Shown: positions 52,390-63,495 of the stretch, piece by piece | Layout: every line of letters starts with the position of its first letter | Numbering within the stretch: the first letter of the stretch is position 1 | DNA from: Octopus sinensis | Lineage: Eukaryota | Assembly (NCBI RefSeq): GCF_006345805.1 | Contig: NC_043000.1 | Location: forward strand, 5,766,001-5,830,000 | DNA length: 64,000 nucleotides | Direction: 5' to 3' | Translations under genes and position numbers: made by a program | Notes under the pieces: model-generated | What the model was told of the DNA's origin: nothing | Seen by the model: the letters and a program-made list of their open reading frames with translations, nothing else | Database searches by the model: none

Positions 52390-52796
52390 AAGGCACAGGC
52401 ATTGCTGAGCGATTAAGAAGCTCGCTTTTCAACCATGTGGTTTTGAGTTCAGTCACACTGTGCGGCACCTTAGGCAAATGTCTTCTATTTTAATCTAGGC
52501 CCGACTAGCGCCCTTAGAGTGGAAGACGGAAACTGCGTGGAAGCCCGCTGAATGTGTGTGCGTGTATGTGTGTGTGTGTGTTTGTATGTGTCTTTGTGTT
52601 TGTATGTGTCTTTTTGTTTGGTGCTGATCAATCCCCACCACTGGATAACCAGTGCTGGTTTGTTTACATCCCCGTCTTTAGGTTCTGCAAAAGAAGCTGT
52701 AAGAATAAGTACCAGGCTTTAAAATAAGTACTGAGTCGATGTTCTTTTGTCTGTGATGCTCCAGCATGACCGCAATCCAATTATTGAAACAGATAA
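52390..52796 (+). mobile_element. SINE family A, diverged
   Basis: Head AAGAAGCTCGCTTTTCAACCATGTGG..GAGTTCAGTCACACTG; tail GCTCCAGCATGACCGCAATCC..TTGAAAC. Confidence 0.8.
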
Positions 52797-52983
52797 CATA
52801 CTGAAGTAATAGTTTCTTTTTGTTTTCAATTAGTTTTAACACATACACACATATACACACTCACCACATGCGCGCGCGCACACATACACACACACACACA
52901 CACAAACCTGACCTGTCATTTCTATCAATTATGTTCTTAATCGCAAAGCCACACATGCGCCTATATTCGTTACATAGGCACGG

Positions 52984-53054
52984 ATCGAGAATTCTTAATA
53001 CTGACGCGTCAGTTTCGGCAATTTCCGTTGCCTCGTCAGTTAAGCCAGCTCGAT
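52984..53054 (-). ncRNA. Extended type I hammerhead ribozyme, apparently intact
   Basis: Minus: atcgag[ctgg]cttaa-CTGACGA-ggcaa cggaaa ttgcc-GAAA-ctgac gc gtcag-TA|ttaag[aatt]ctcgat. All three helices are Watson-Crick, the core is perfect, and helix III is fully palindromic. Confidence 0.9.
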
Positions 53055-53341
53055 TGTTCGGCTTTTTCCAGACTTTCCAGTCACATTTAGTGATATTTGT
53101 AATTCTCCTTTTTGGTGAGACATTAGAAACTGCCGTTTATATTAATTCTATTATTCTTTTATTCCTTTATTTGCTTCAGTCATTTCGACTTTGGTCATCT
53201 TGGAGCACCGCCTTTTAGTCGAAGAAATCAACCCCTAACTTTATATATAATTTTACATTAGCGAATCGCTAAGTCATCCAATAATTTGGATGACGAAAAC
53301 AGAAAAACTAATAGCAAAGTGAGTCCGGAAGGAGCCGAACA

Positions 53342-53412
53342 ATCGAGCGGTCTTAACTGATGAGGCGACGGAAATTACCGAAACTGACGCGTCAGTTTTA
53401 AGAATTCTCGAT
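53342..53412 (+). ncRNA. Extended type I hammerhead, second (inverted) copy
   Basis: atcgag[cggt]cttaa-CTGATGA-ggcga cggaaa ttacc-GAAA-ctgacgcgtcag-TT|ttaag[aatt]ctcgat; one helix II mismatch. Confidence 0.82.
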
Positions 53413-53562
53413 CGGCATTTTTCGGACGGTTAAGGTCCCTGTTAGTCTATATGTTTTCATTCATGTGCGTTAACTGCAGCATTAGAGCAATTTAGCTTTT
53501 ATTTCTAGCGATGTATATGTATATGTCTATACCCGTCTGTCACAATTGAACACATAAATATA

Positions 53563-54842
53563 CGAGAGCTGTTCATTAAAGATTTCCCCTGATCCATTCC
53601 CAAGGACTAGGATAAACGAAACTTGGCATAATTATAGTCCTTCTCTACGTAGCCACCACCAATGGCGATGACACACTTCTCCCATCGCTTTATGCAGCTG
53701 TGTAAACTTCGTCAGCAGAAGTCGATAGGTGGCGTCTAGAGACAAAACTTTACTTCGGAAATAAGTTCATCATCCGATAAGTGTGTCCCCTTTAAATAAG
53801 ACTTGATGGCAGGAAAGAGGTGGAAGTTAGATCGTTCGAGGTCAGGAAAGTAAGGCGAGTAAGGAAGAATTCCATAGCCGCAGGAGTATGCTTTCGTCTG
53901 GGTAACATGTGCATTGTGAACTGGGGCGTTGTCACAGAGGAGGCGGACTCCTTTAATCATCATACCACGCCTCTCTGCTTTGATGGCGTCCCGCAGTTTC
54001 TGCAGCAGAGAAGCATTAATATGCCCCTTTAATTGTGCTGCCCTTTGCCAGAAAACCCATCATCACTACTCCACGCAGGTCCCAAAAGATTGTGAGCATC
54101 ACCTTGCCTGCTGAAGGTTGGACACCGGCCTTCTTTGGAGGTGGTGAGTTATCATGCTTCCATTGCTTCGACTGGACTTTAGTCACAAGATCATAGTGAT
54201 AGACTATTGTTTCATCCTGTGTGATAAGACGGCCGAAAACGTCCTGCTCGTTTTCTTGTCACATTACCAAAATATCCTGGGAGCAATTGACTTGTTCCTG
54301 CTTCTGAAAAGGTGTGAGCATCCAGAGAATCCATCGTACAGACAACTTCCGCATATGCAAATGGTTGTGAATGATTTTTTCCACACCTGCCTTCGCTTCT
54401 TGGGCTATTTGGCGAATAATTATGCAATGATCCTCCAAAATGGAAGCTTCCATTTTATGGATGGTGTCGTCATCAATGGTGGAATGTGGTCATCCAGGAA
54501 TAGGAGCAGTTTCCACCGATGACCGACCCATTAAACTGGCCGCGCCGGTGCCTGACTACGACGTACGATGTTGCATTGTCACCATAAACTACTTTCATCT
54601 CATCGAAAGTCTCTTTTGGTGTACGACCTTTCAAGTATAATAACCTGACCACTGATTTTCATTCAACTGCCTTTATTATGACACCTTAGTCCACTTCAGA
54701 ATCCGTAAAAGACATACGAATATTATTGGAAAGCTATGATTTACAATGTGATTGGTAGAGACTTATGATTATACCTGTACAAGTTCTGTTTCCTGAAATA
54801 ACCGGAAATGGGGCTGAGGAAATCTTTAATGAATATCCCTCG
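53563..54842 (-). mobile_element. Full-length mariner transposon relic (1280 bp), TA TSDs
   Basis: TIRs CGAGAGCTGTTCATTAAAGATTTCC / GGAAATCTTTAATGAATATCCCTCG with TA on both sides. Minus-strand pieces RKLSVRWI, LITQDETIVYHYD, KVMLTIFWD, LLCDNAPVH, PYSPYFPDLERSNFHLF; many stops. Confidence 0.92.
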
Positions 54843-54910
54843 TATCAAGTATATTATTCTTTATATAAAAATGTGCGGGCGGACATTTCTGAAGCATCCC
54901 GGTGACAGAG

Positions 54911-54980
54911 TGTCCGAAGTTTGAAAGTGTTTAGTTACAAAAAATTAATTTCTCGTCTGCCGTTGTAAGGGAAAAGATCC
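54911..54980. mobile_element. Solo right end of the GGATC-terminated MITE family
   Basis: GTGTCCGAAGTTTGAAAGTGTTTAGTTACAAAAAATTA..GGAAAAGATCC matches 56120-56191. Confidence 0.65.
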
Positions 54981-55062
54981 AAATATTATATAAGACACAC
55001 TTTTGAAAGCAAAAATAAAAATGCAAACTGACGCGGAGTTGATTTGACTATCGTCCGTCCAT

Positions 55063-55175
<113 letters not shown>

Positions 55176-55603
55176 CAAAAATAATAAAATCTGAATATAT
55201 TAAAATAGAGACATATAAATTTTTTTGACTTCTCTTAACACAAATTATATCATCCCAAACTTATATTTAGAAGAAAGTAAAAGAAAAAATTAGTTTAAAA
55301 TTAAACGAAAATTATAATCTTTATAGCTTAAAAAGTAATTCCCTCATTCGTATGAAACTTATCTTGAAGGCTTTTATAATAACATTTTTCTTTAACGGCC
55401 TCCAAAGATTTCTTCACCTTCTAACGGATGAGGGGGCAATGCCGAGACGTTTCATTCGGCCAATTAGGGTGAATTCTTGCTCATTTAGAGCACTCTTGAA
55501 CTTTGTAAAACTCATAATATATGAAATTTCTGAAGGGTTTGTGAATCGATACATCCAAAGATTGCAATTGCAAAGTGAGGTCACCGAGAATCACTGCAAT
55601 TTT

Positions 55604-56191
55604 GGTATACCTTTTGACCGACAGATTTCAAAAATAATTTTTTGTAACTAAACACTTTCAAACTTCGGACAATGGTAGAATGTGTCATATAAAACATCTT
55701 TTACTCTTAGCAGTTTTGGGAAAAACTTATATTTACGAAGTTATTTCACGTTAAAGTTATAGTATTTCAGTAATTTCAACCAATCAATGACGTGTATTCA
55801 GATGAATAAAATTACTGCCGTTGTTTGTCAACATCGACTATCGGCTGTGTATTTTTCGTTTGTCACTGTTATTTATGACATTGTTCGTGCGTTTGTACTG
55901 GTTTTAGCTTTAAGGTTTTATGGTTAGGGTTAGGGTTTAGGGTTAGGTTAGCGGTTTAGGGTTGGTAAACAACAACAGTAATTTTATTCAGCTGAATACA
56001 CGTCATTGATTGGTTGAAATTCTCGAAATACTATAACTTTAGCGTGAAATAACTTCGTAAATATAAGTTTTTCTCAAAAATGCTAAGACTAAAAGATGTT
56101 TTATATGACACATTCTACCAGTGTCCGAAGTTTGAAAGGGTTTAGTTACAAAAATTATTTTTTAAATCTGTCGGTCAAAAGGTAAAGATCC
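55604..56191. mobile_element. Palindromic MITE, ~225 bp arms, telomere-like core
   Basis: 55608-55830 is the reverse complement of ~55965-56185; centre contains GGTTAGGGTTAGGGTTTAGGGTTAGG. Confidence 0.88.
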
Positions 56192-56319
56192 TATAATTAC
56201 GAAGTAATTTTATTGAATCGATGATTTTGGTTATGAATTGATTTAATACTAATAAATCCGATTTCCATCGTGAGCCCCCATCACCATCACCACCAGCACG
56301 TTCTTTGTGGTGGAATAAT

Positions 56320-56497
56320 ATTGGTTTCAAATTTTGGTACAAGGCCAGTTGTTGTTTAGGGGTACTTATTTTATCCTCTCTGAAAGAATGAGAGACAAAG
56401 TCGACCTCGACAGAATTTGAACTCAGAAGGAAAAGACAGACGAAATGCCGCTAAACATTTTTCCCGGCGTACTAACGATTCTGCAAGCTCGCCGCTT
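56320..56497 (-). mobile_element. SINE family B variant
   Basis: Diagnostic body and head blocks on minus. Confidence 0.78.
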
Positions 56498-56998
56498 TTT
56501 TATGGTGGAATAATAAATAATACGTGGAAGCATGAGATTATTTTCGTTCAAGCGTTCTCTGGCCAAAAACGATTTTATTGCGACGTCAAATAATTAGGGT
56601 TTTTTTTTTTTTTTTGTTTTTTTTTACTTTTAAATCATTTAGACAAATTTTATTTACTGAAAGAGAAAGTTTATTGCAGCTTTACTCATGAAATATTTAT
56701 GATATGACGTAATAATTGCCCAAATTTTTCTTCAGCAAAAATCCGACCTCTCAGCTATTTTTTTTATGTTTTAGACGATCACAAATACTGGAATTATATA
56801 TGGAGAATTCTGTCCATTAAATCTAATACTGCAATGATATATTTCGCAGCCCATTATGTGGGATACACAACGAAGATAATCCACCATCATCAAATTCGCA
56901 TTAAACACCTCATTAAACACATTGAATTCGTAATAACTAAAACGTGTGATCTCTGACCAAGTTTTTCGTTATCTTTTCTCTCGTGTTGTCTCTGTACA

Positions 56999-57420
56999 GG
57001 ATCTTTTCGGTTTCAACGGCAGTTTTTTTAAATAATTTCCACGTAACTAAACACTTTTAAACTTCGTATACTGGTAGAATGTGTTTATAAAACATCTTTT
57101 TCTTTTGGCTTTATTGAGAAAATTCTATAGTTTGTAAGATATTTGTTGTTGTTTTTTAATTTCTGCAATTTCAACCAATCAATGACATCTATTGAGGTGA
57201 AAACATTCTGTGCCGTATGAATATGTCCCTCGTTTAAGAAACAGATTGGGTTTATTTACATTTCTGAAGAAAAAAAGATAACCTTCCCCCCTACCCCTAA
57301 CCCTAACCCTAACCCTAAAACAGATTGAAATGCAATAGATCGATACTAGGGTCATAATTATGGGTGACAATTTCATATGACACCGCTAGAAAAAAACTGC
57401 CGGTCAAACCGAGAAGATCC
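56999..57420. mobile_element. MITE with 29 bp GGATC TIRs, 8 bp TSD and (CCCTAA)n
   Basis: GGATCTTTTCGGTTTCAACGGCAGTTTTT / AAAAACTGCCGGTCAAACCGAGAAGATCC; TSD TCTGTACA / TCTGTCCA; CCCTAA x4 at 57295-57318. Confidence 0.85.
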
Positions 57421-57496
57421 TCTGTCCATATCTACGCATATTTGTTTCGTCTTTCTTATGGCTGTCTTTTGCATCCGTTAATTTTTGTTTTCCTTT

Positions 57497-58075
57497 AATT
57501 GTTTCAGTCATTAGTGTGCGGCCATGAAGGCGGCGAGCTGGCAGAAACGTTAGCACGCCGGGCGAACTGCTTAGGGGTATTTCGTCCGCCGCTGCGTTCT
57601 CAGTTCAAATTCCGCCGCGGTCGACTTTGCATTTCATCCTTTCGTGGTCGATAGATTAAGTACCTATTTCTTTATTACCCACAAGGGGCTAAACATAGAG
57701 GGGACAAACAAGGACAGACATAGGTATTAAGTCGATTACATCGACCCCAGTGCGTAACTGGTACTTAATTTATCGACCCCGAAAGGATGAAAGGTAAAGT
57801 CGACCTCGCGGAATTTGAACTCAGAACGTAACGGCAGACGTAATACCGCTTAAGCATTTCGCCCGACGTGCTAACGTTTCTGCCAGCTCGCCGCCTTCGA
57901 TAAATTAAGTACCAGTTACGCACTGGGGTCGATGGAATCGACTTAATCCGTTTGTTTGTCCTTCTTTGTCCTCTCTGTGTTTAGCCCCTTGTGGGTACTA
58001 AAGAAATAGTCTGCAGCCATGCTGGGACACTGCCTTGAAGAATTTTAGTCGAACGTATCGATCCCAGAACTTATT
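57497..58075. mobile_element. Triple nested SINEs: B(-) inside B(+) inside A(-)
   Basis: Inner TSD GATA(G/A)ATTAAGTAC at 57650-57663 and 57899-57912; outer TSD TGC(G/A)GCCATG at 57517-57526 and 58012-58021. Confidence 0.88.
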
Positions 58076-58113
58076 ATACATACCGGATGTTAATGGTCTC
58101 CCGAGTTTTAATG

Positions 58114-58320
58114 TACGAGGGTGAGTCAGAAAGTAATGCAATTTTTAGTTACATTACTTTTTGACTCATATCCCCACTTCTCCGTACATACGTGGATGAG
58201 TCAAAAAGAAAGTAATGCAATTTTTATTTGCATTATTTTTTTTGTCTCACCTTCATAAATATGGTGGGGAGTCAAAAAGTAATGCTAATATAAATTGCAT
58301 TACTTTGATTCACCCTTGTA
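58114..58320. mobile_element. Three tandem ~70 bp mariner-type mini-MITEs
   Basis: Each unit is GAGTCAAAAAGTAATGCA..TGCATTACTTTTTGACTCA-like; outer ends TACGAGGGTGAGTC and GATTCACCCTTGTA. Confidence 0.78.
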
Positions 58321-59391
58321 CTAACAGTATGGGACTCATATCTTGCAAACTTCACCTGTGAGTAAAAGCGTACACTGTCCGAGAGACGAGAATCTTTGTA
58401 TGGATGCTAAGATGAGAGTTTAGAAAAACTCCCTCTCAACTTTCTGAGTTCAGTTCTCCACAAGGTCCATTTAAATTTATTTATTATACTTCTATTTGTC
58501 AATAAATTAAATATCGGTCAAGTACTGATGTTTATTCAACCAACTGTAGCATTTTCTTACGTATATTCAGCCAGGTGCTGAAGCGAGGTATCAATATAGT
58601 TTAGTTTCATTATTTCGCGTTACACCCTTTAAAGACTGCGAACTGAAGTTATTTCATTGTATTTATATCGCTAATTACCTGTAATAAAACAATTGTTCTA
58701 AAATAATTTCATATAAACTTTCTCTTTCTCATCTCTAATAAATTTCAGGCGTTGTGTATTTGAAAACATTGTTGTCTGACATTTTGGAATTTTCCTTCCA
58801 ATCTTTTCAAACGGAGAAGTATTCTGTTATGACGTCATATAATAAGCGTTCGTTTTTAAAACTCATAAATCATTGATGGTGAGAGAGAGATATATACATA
58901 GTTGAAGAAAAACAGAGTTTTTACACTTTTCAAATGTTTCTATTACGATGTAATAATTGTCATGTCTTTTAAGAAAAATCTCAGCGTATTCTTATTTCCT
59001 ATCTTTAATGCTTCAACAGACACCAACACTGGAATTATTTTGTATACAAGATATTATTGAAATATTTCACTGACGATCTGTTACACAACGAAGTTATGCT
59101 ACAGCCACCACATATACTTCCTGCTATCGTTAAACACAATGGAAACTTAATGACTAAATTGTGTGATACTCGAGAAAGGACTTTTTTTCTCTTTTTGTCT
59201 GCACGTACCCACATATAATTGTTTCTTCTTACTTACGGCTATCCATCAAATCCAACGATGACCGTCTTCTCCTTCAGTTGTGAATTCTTTAATGGCCGTA
59301 TATTCCAGTTCTTGGTGGAAAGACGGTGCATGTAAATTTTGAGTTGGAGAAGCCCATTGTAATTCTATTTGCATGATCTTTTCTAGCTTCA

Positions 59392-59620
59392 CCTATTTCT
59401 TTACTACCCACAAGGGGTAAATACAGAGGGGACAAACAAGGACAGACACACGGATTAAGTCGACTACATCAACCCCAGTGCGTAACTGGTACTTAATTTA
59501 TCGACCCCTAAAGGATGAAAGGCAAAGTCGACCTCGGCGGAATTTGAACTCAGAACGTAACGGCAGACGAAATACGGCTACGCATTTCCCCCGGCGTGCT
59601 AACGATTCTGCCAGCTCGCC
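59392..59620 (-). mobile_element. SINE family B inserted in the RTE relic
   Basis: Full consensus on minus. Confidence 0.9.
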
Positions 59621-59984
59621 TGTTAATGCTAAGTGTGTTTTTTTTTTGGTGGGGGGGTGTTTTGTTTTTTTCCTATATATCTTCAGTAACCAAAAAAGGA
59701 CGGTAAATAGTTAAGTACTCCACTCTAATCACGTCAGTGTTCTTTTTTAAATATGTCTTCAGTTGGTCTTTGAACCGCTTCTTTGGTCTTCAAATCAAAT
59801 ATTGACCATGGTGTAGCCGACTGTACTGGATCCTAAGTGAAAGATGCGAATCAGATTTGCACGATGCATGATCAAGTCATCTTGGGTGATGCTTGTATAA
59901 TGTGAAATCGATGCCAATGATTTTGTTTCGGCGAAGGCTTTTTGTGTGCATAAAACCCCCTGGCCAAGTATTCAGAGAGCTGCT

Positions 59985-60124
59985 TGTATAGGCCTACCAG
60001 GTAGCACATATTAGCACTGTCATAGGGGCCCATTGAAACGTTAAATATATTTGGTCTAAACTTTTTGACCGAAGCGGACAGGAATTGTCGAAGGGCAGGA
60101 ATTTTCGTGAGTCATTTCGATATA
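59985..60124 (-). mobile_element. Short Naiad/Chlamys-like PLE RT fragment inside the RTE relic
   Basis: Minus: VKKFRPNIFNVSMGPYDSANMCYLVGLY; direct repeat of 62131-62265. Confidence 0.72.
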
Positions 60125-61439
60125 GGAAAGTCTCGTTACTGGGGTTCAGATGACTGGGGTTTAGAAGGACATCAGTTCTGATCCTCCCAAAGAAAAACAG
60201 AGAGTGCCTGGGGTGATTTAGAATATGTCCTGTGTTTGCAGTCAGGAGAACTGAAGCTATTTATGTGTCTTCAGATTGTTGTAGTAAAAAAGTAAGAAAG
60301 GAATGGGCTGTCTGGTGACATCTGTTCAGTTTTCTGGATGTAACTGATTCGTTTTCTGGATGTAACTGTCAATCCCATTCCTTTATAACCTGTAACGGTT
60401 GCCGAGTTATCGGGGCTTCCCGAATGTGAATGACTAGAGAACAACCGCTGCCACACTGTAGTCTAATGACATGTTCACATCTGGATTTGCCTGAAGCTTT
60501 TTGATGTTGAAAAGTTAACTCGGAAATAAATATTGACAAATTCCTATACCGCGGTCATACAGATGAGGAAGATATTAAACAGTATTATGGCCAGCACTCC
60601 TCCTTGCTTAATTTCCATTCTTACAATACTCTCCAATAACAAGTCGTACCATCGTCTCTGTACGGAAATTATGGGAGAGATTGTCGAATTTGGGCGGGCT
60701 CCCAAAGGGTTCCAAACTTTCTGTGAGTATCCTTCAGATGTTCCCAGTTCACAGAACCAGCAGCTTTCAACAGATTCGCAAATGCTATGAACAAATCTTT
60801 ATGTTGCGTCGTGTATTTCCCCTGGAAGATGCATTATGCTTCTCTCCCTGTCAAACACACACTGAGATTCTGGTGATATTTTCTGATATTGATTGAACCT
60901 TTCTAGTAATAAACATGAATGCCTTATTTTGCTGTCGTAGAAAACAGCTTTATTTCCCTTGGTTTGTCGATGGTAATGGTGTTACCTTCAAATGGTAAAG
61001 TGTTATAATCTTGGAAATTTCCTGTAATTTTTTTGTTTTTTAAAGTTTTTGTAACCGCATTAATTTTCGTGAATGTCAGCAACTTATTAAAGTGGTAGAC
61101 GAAGTCATACCACAAGACTTTTTTTCCCTGATGGCTGCATTCACTGGTTTTGTAACTGGTTAAAAATCTTGACCACTTTACAATATTTCAGACTGGTCTT
61201 ACAGTAGAAAGGTGATTCCCGATGACCGTTGCTATGAAATAGTTCCGAGGATCAGAGAAAGTCTTTATCTGATTAAAGAAATTATGCATCTTGTTCTTGT
61301 TAGTATGTATCTGGATTCTCTTGAACTTTTAAAATCCACCAAGAAGTTGAACAAAGAGTACGAGTTTTCAAAGTACAAAGAACGTATTGCGCTTCATTCT
61401 AAAACACTTGCCAATGGGTTTTTTTTTTATTTTTCTCTC

Positions 61440-61637
61440 TAGTTTCAGCTGAGAGCTGCGGCCATGCTGATGCACCGCCGTTTTGAAAGAATCAGCAGCA
61501 GTTCGCCATTACCTTCTGCCGGACACACGTGGAGCTTAGGTGTTTCGCTCATAAACACACACAACGCCCGATCCGATATTTGAACTCGCGATCCCTCGAC
61601 CGCGAGTCCGATGCTCTAACCACTAGGCCATGTGCGT
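61440..61637 (-). mobile_element. SINE-A tail fragment plus SINE-C 5' half
   Basis: GCGGCCATGCTGATGCACCGCC; GTGGAGCTTAGGTGTTTCGCTCA..CTCTAACCACTAGGCCATGTGCG. Confidence 0.75.
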
Positions 61638-61639
61638 GA

Positions 61640-62620
61640 TGAAAGATTGTCCTAAGTTGTTTGAACAATCCTTCATCACACGTTTTAAGGTCAAGTGTTG
61701 TATGTCATTCACAAGGCTACAACTCATTGTCATAGTGTTTTACTAAGTCAGTCTTGAGGTTCTTTCGCCATGAATCCAATGATGTCGCCAGCAGCATCAC
61801 AAAGTGTGAAATTCACTCACAAATATTGGCGATAACATTTTTAAATACAACGATGGGTGGCAAAATTGGTTGTTTACATATCTATGTTTCTCAACGGGTT
61901 TCTGTTGGAATCTAGGTCTAGGTGAACGTCTGTGAAGTCAACTTTGGCTAAGTTAATAACTACAGTAAACTGAAGTGCTATGTTATTAAAAACAGCTGTG
62001 AGATTTTTTTTTCCTTAAGGTATCCAGAAGATGACCATCACAACCCTGTATCATCACTCAACCATCGTTTCGGTGATTATCTTAATGTTGTGATTAAGTA
62101 ATTTAGCCTTAAGTATTTTCAGTGTTACTATGTATAGGCCTACCAGGTTGCACATATTAACACTGTCAAATATATTTGACACGTCAAATATATTTGGTCT
62201 AAACTTTTTGACCCAAGCGGACAGGAATTGTCGAAGGGCAGGAATTTTCGTGAATCATTTCGATATCCGAATAATCGACGCCAGTGTATCTTCTGGAAAA
62301 TTCAATACTGAAGGGTATAAGCCTATGTTATTGAACTGTGTGAATCTCGCCTTAGATTTATGTTTTATGTTTGAATCAATTGAAAGCAGTTCGCTTATTG
62401 ATGAAACCTGCTCAATTTCTTAAATCTTGATATTTTATCAAGCAATATTTTTCGGTTATTAATAATATTTACATCTTAGTAAAGTTTGTTAGTCAACAAA
62501 TGGGTTTAATTTGTGCAGTCAAGTTTATGAGTTTTTAAAGTTATGATCGCCTTCCTCTTTGCTAAAGAGTCTATCCTATTGCCAAACTTGCTCCGATTGG
62601 CTAGGTATTGTGTGAATCTC
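61640..62620 (-). mobile_element. Penelope-like RT relic of Naiad/Chlamys type
   Basis: Minus: LAKRKAIITLKTHK..KILLDKI; KARFTQFNNIGLYPSV; WVKK..FDV..MCNLVGLYI; INLAKVDFTDVHLDL, matching the recalled pattern AFITLKDHK..QFDIVDFYPSI..WVKK..FDVTMGSYDGAE.CELVGL..VNFLDV. Confidence 0.7.
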
Positions 62621-63495
62621 TCAATGTTCATTCCTATACTATCGATAAATTAAGTGCCAGTAAGTACAACAGCGAAAGGAACTCAAAATGATGAAAGTCT
62701 AAATTTAACATTGTAGGATTTAAATCCAGATAGTAAATAGGCGTAACAAAACATTGTATGATATTTTGTTAGTGATCTATTTATTCTACCATAAATCACA
62801 CAAACATCTGAGTGTGTACATTGAAGAAATGTCTAGATGTCAAAAACAATGGTCTGGGGGTTACAAGAGAAACAGTTATGCTATTAAGGAAACAGAATAC
62901 GTATGACTAATACCCAGTGGGAATGAAACTAAATTCTGTAAGGTACGTTGTCTGGTGTTCTACAGATTTTCATTAGTTATGTAAAAAAAAAAGTAAAGGC
63001 TAATGTATAGCCCACTCCCAATCGTTGTTTTCTGCTTCAACTCATTGCAAAAATTTTCTGAGTGTTTTGTTTGTTTGTTTTTCTAATCTCCAATCATATT
63101 TTCGCCGACTCTGATCATCGCCAGTCAATTCAATTGAAAATTTTCAAGATACAATCGAAGTGACGACTGGTTGAATGTTTCAAGGCGCACAAAATGCACC
63201 AGAATTTTGGGGCAGCCTTTTTCTGAAACATCTTTCTATAGCAACTCAAACACTGACCTTATATCGATAAGAAGCAGTGCAATTTTAAGTGACTTTATCT
63301 ATTAAACTACCGAATATGGTGTGTCGAGTTTAACAGTCGACAGCGTAGAGATTTACAATGCGCAGGATGATATCTAACCTATCCCATTTCAGAGATATTC
63401 ACTCTTCCTTTTACATTTACTTGTTTCAGTAATTGGATTGTGGCCATGACGGGACACCGTCTTGAATGGTTTTAGCCGAACAAATCGAACCGCAG

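Larger units (their letters stand above)
59205..61430 (-). mobile_element. RTE-clade LINE relic (~2.2 kb), interrupted
   Basis: Minus: INAVTKTLKNKKITG; SPESQC; HKDLFIAFANLLKA..SVN; IKQGGVLAIILFNIF; degenerate LQYADDCALV (LQCGSGCSLV); RPKKRFKDQLK; 3' FTC..GIYGH..RIH and GTCATCGTTGGATTTGATGGATAGCCG. Confidence 0.75.

Noticed and set aside
61640-62620. Selenocysteine recoding as reported for some Naiad PLEs
   Set aside because: The endonuclease region is absent and the RT is riddled with stops of all types, so TGA codons here are uninformative.
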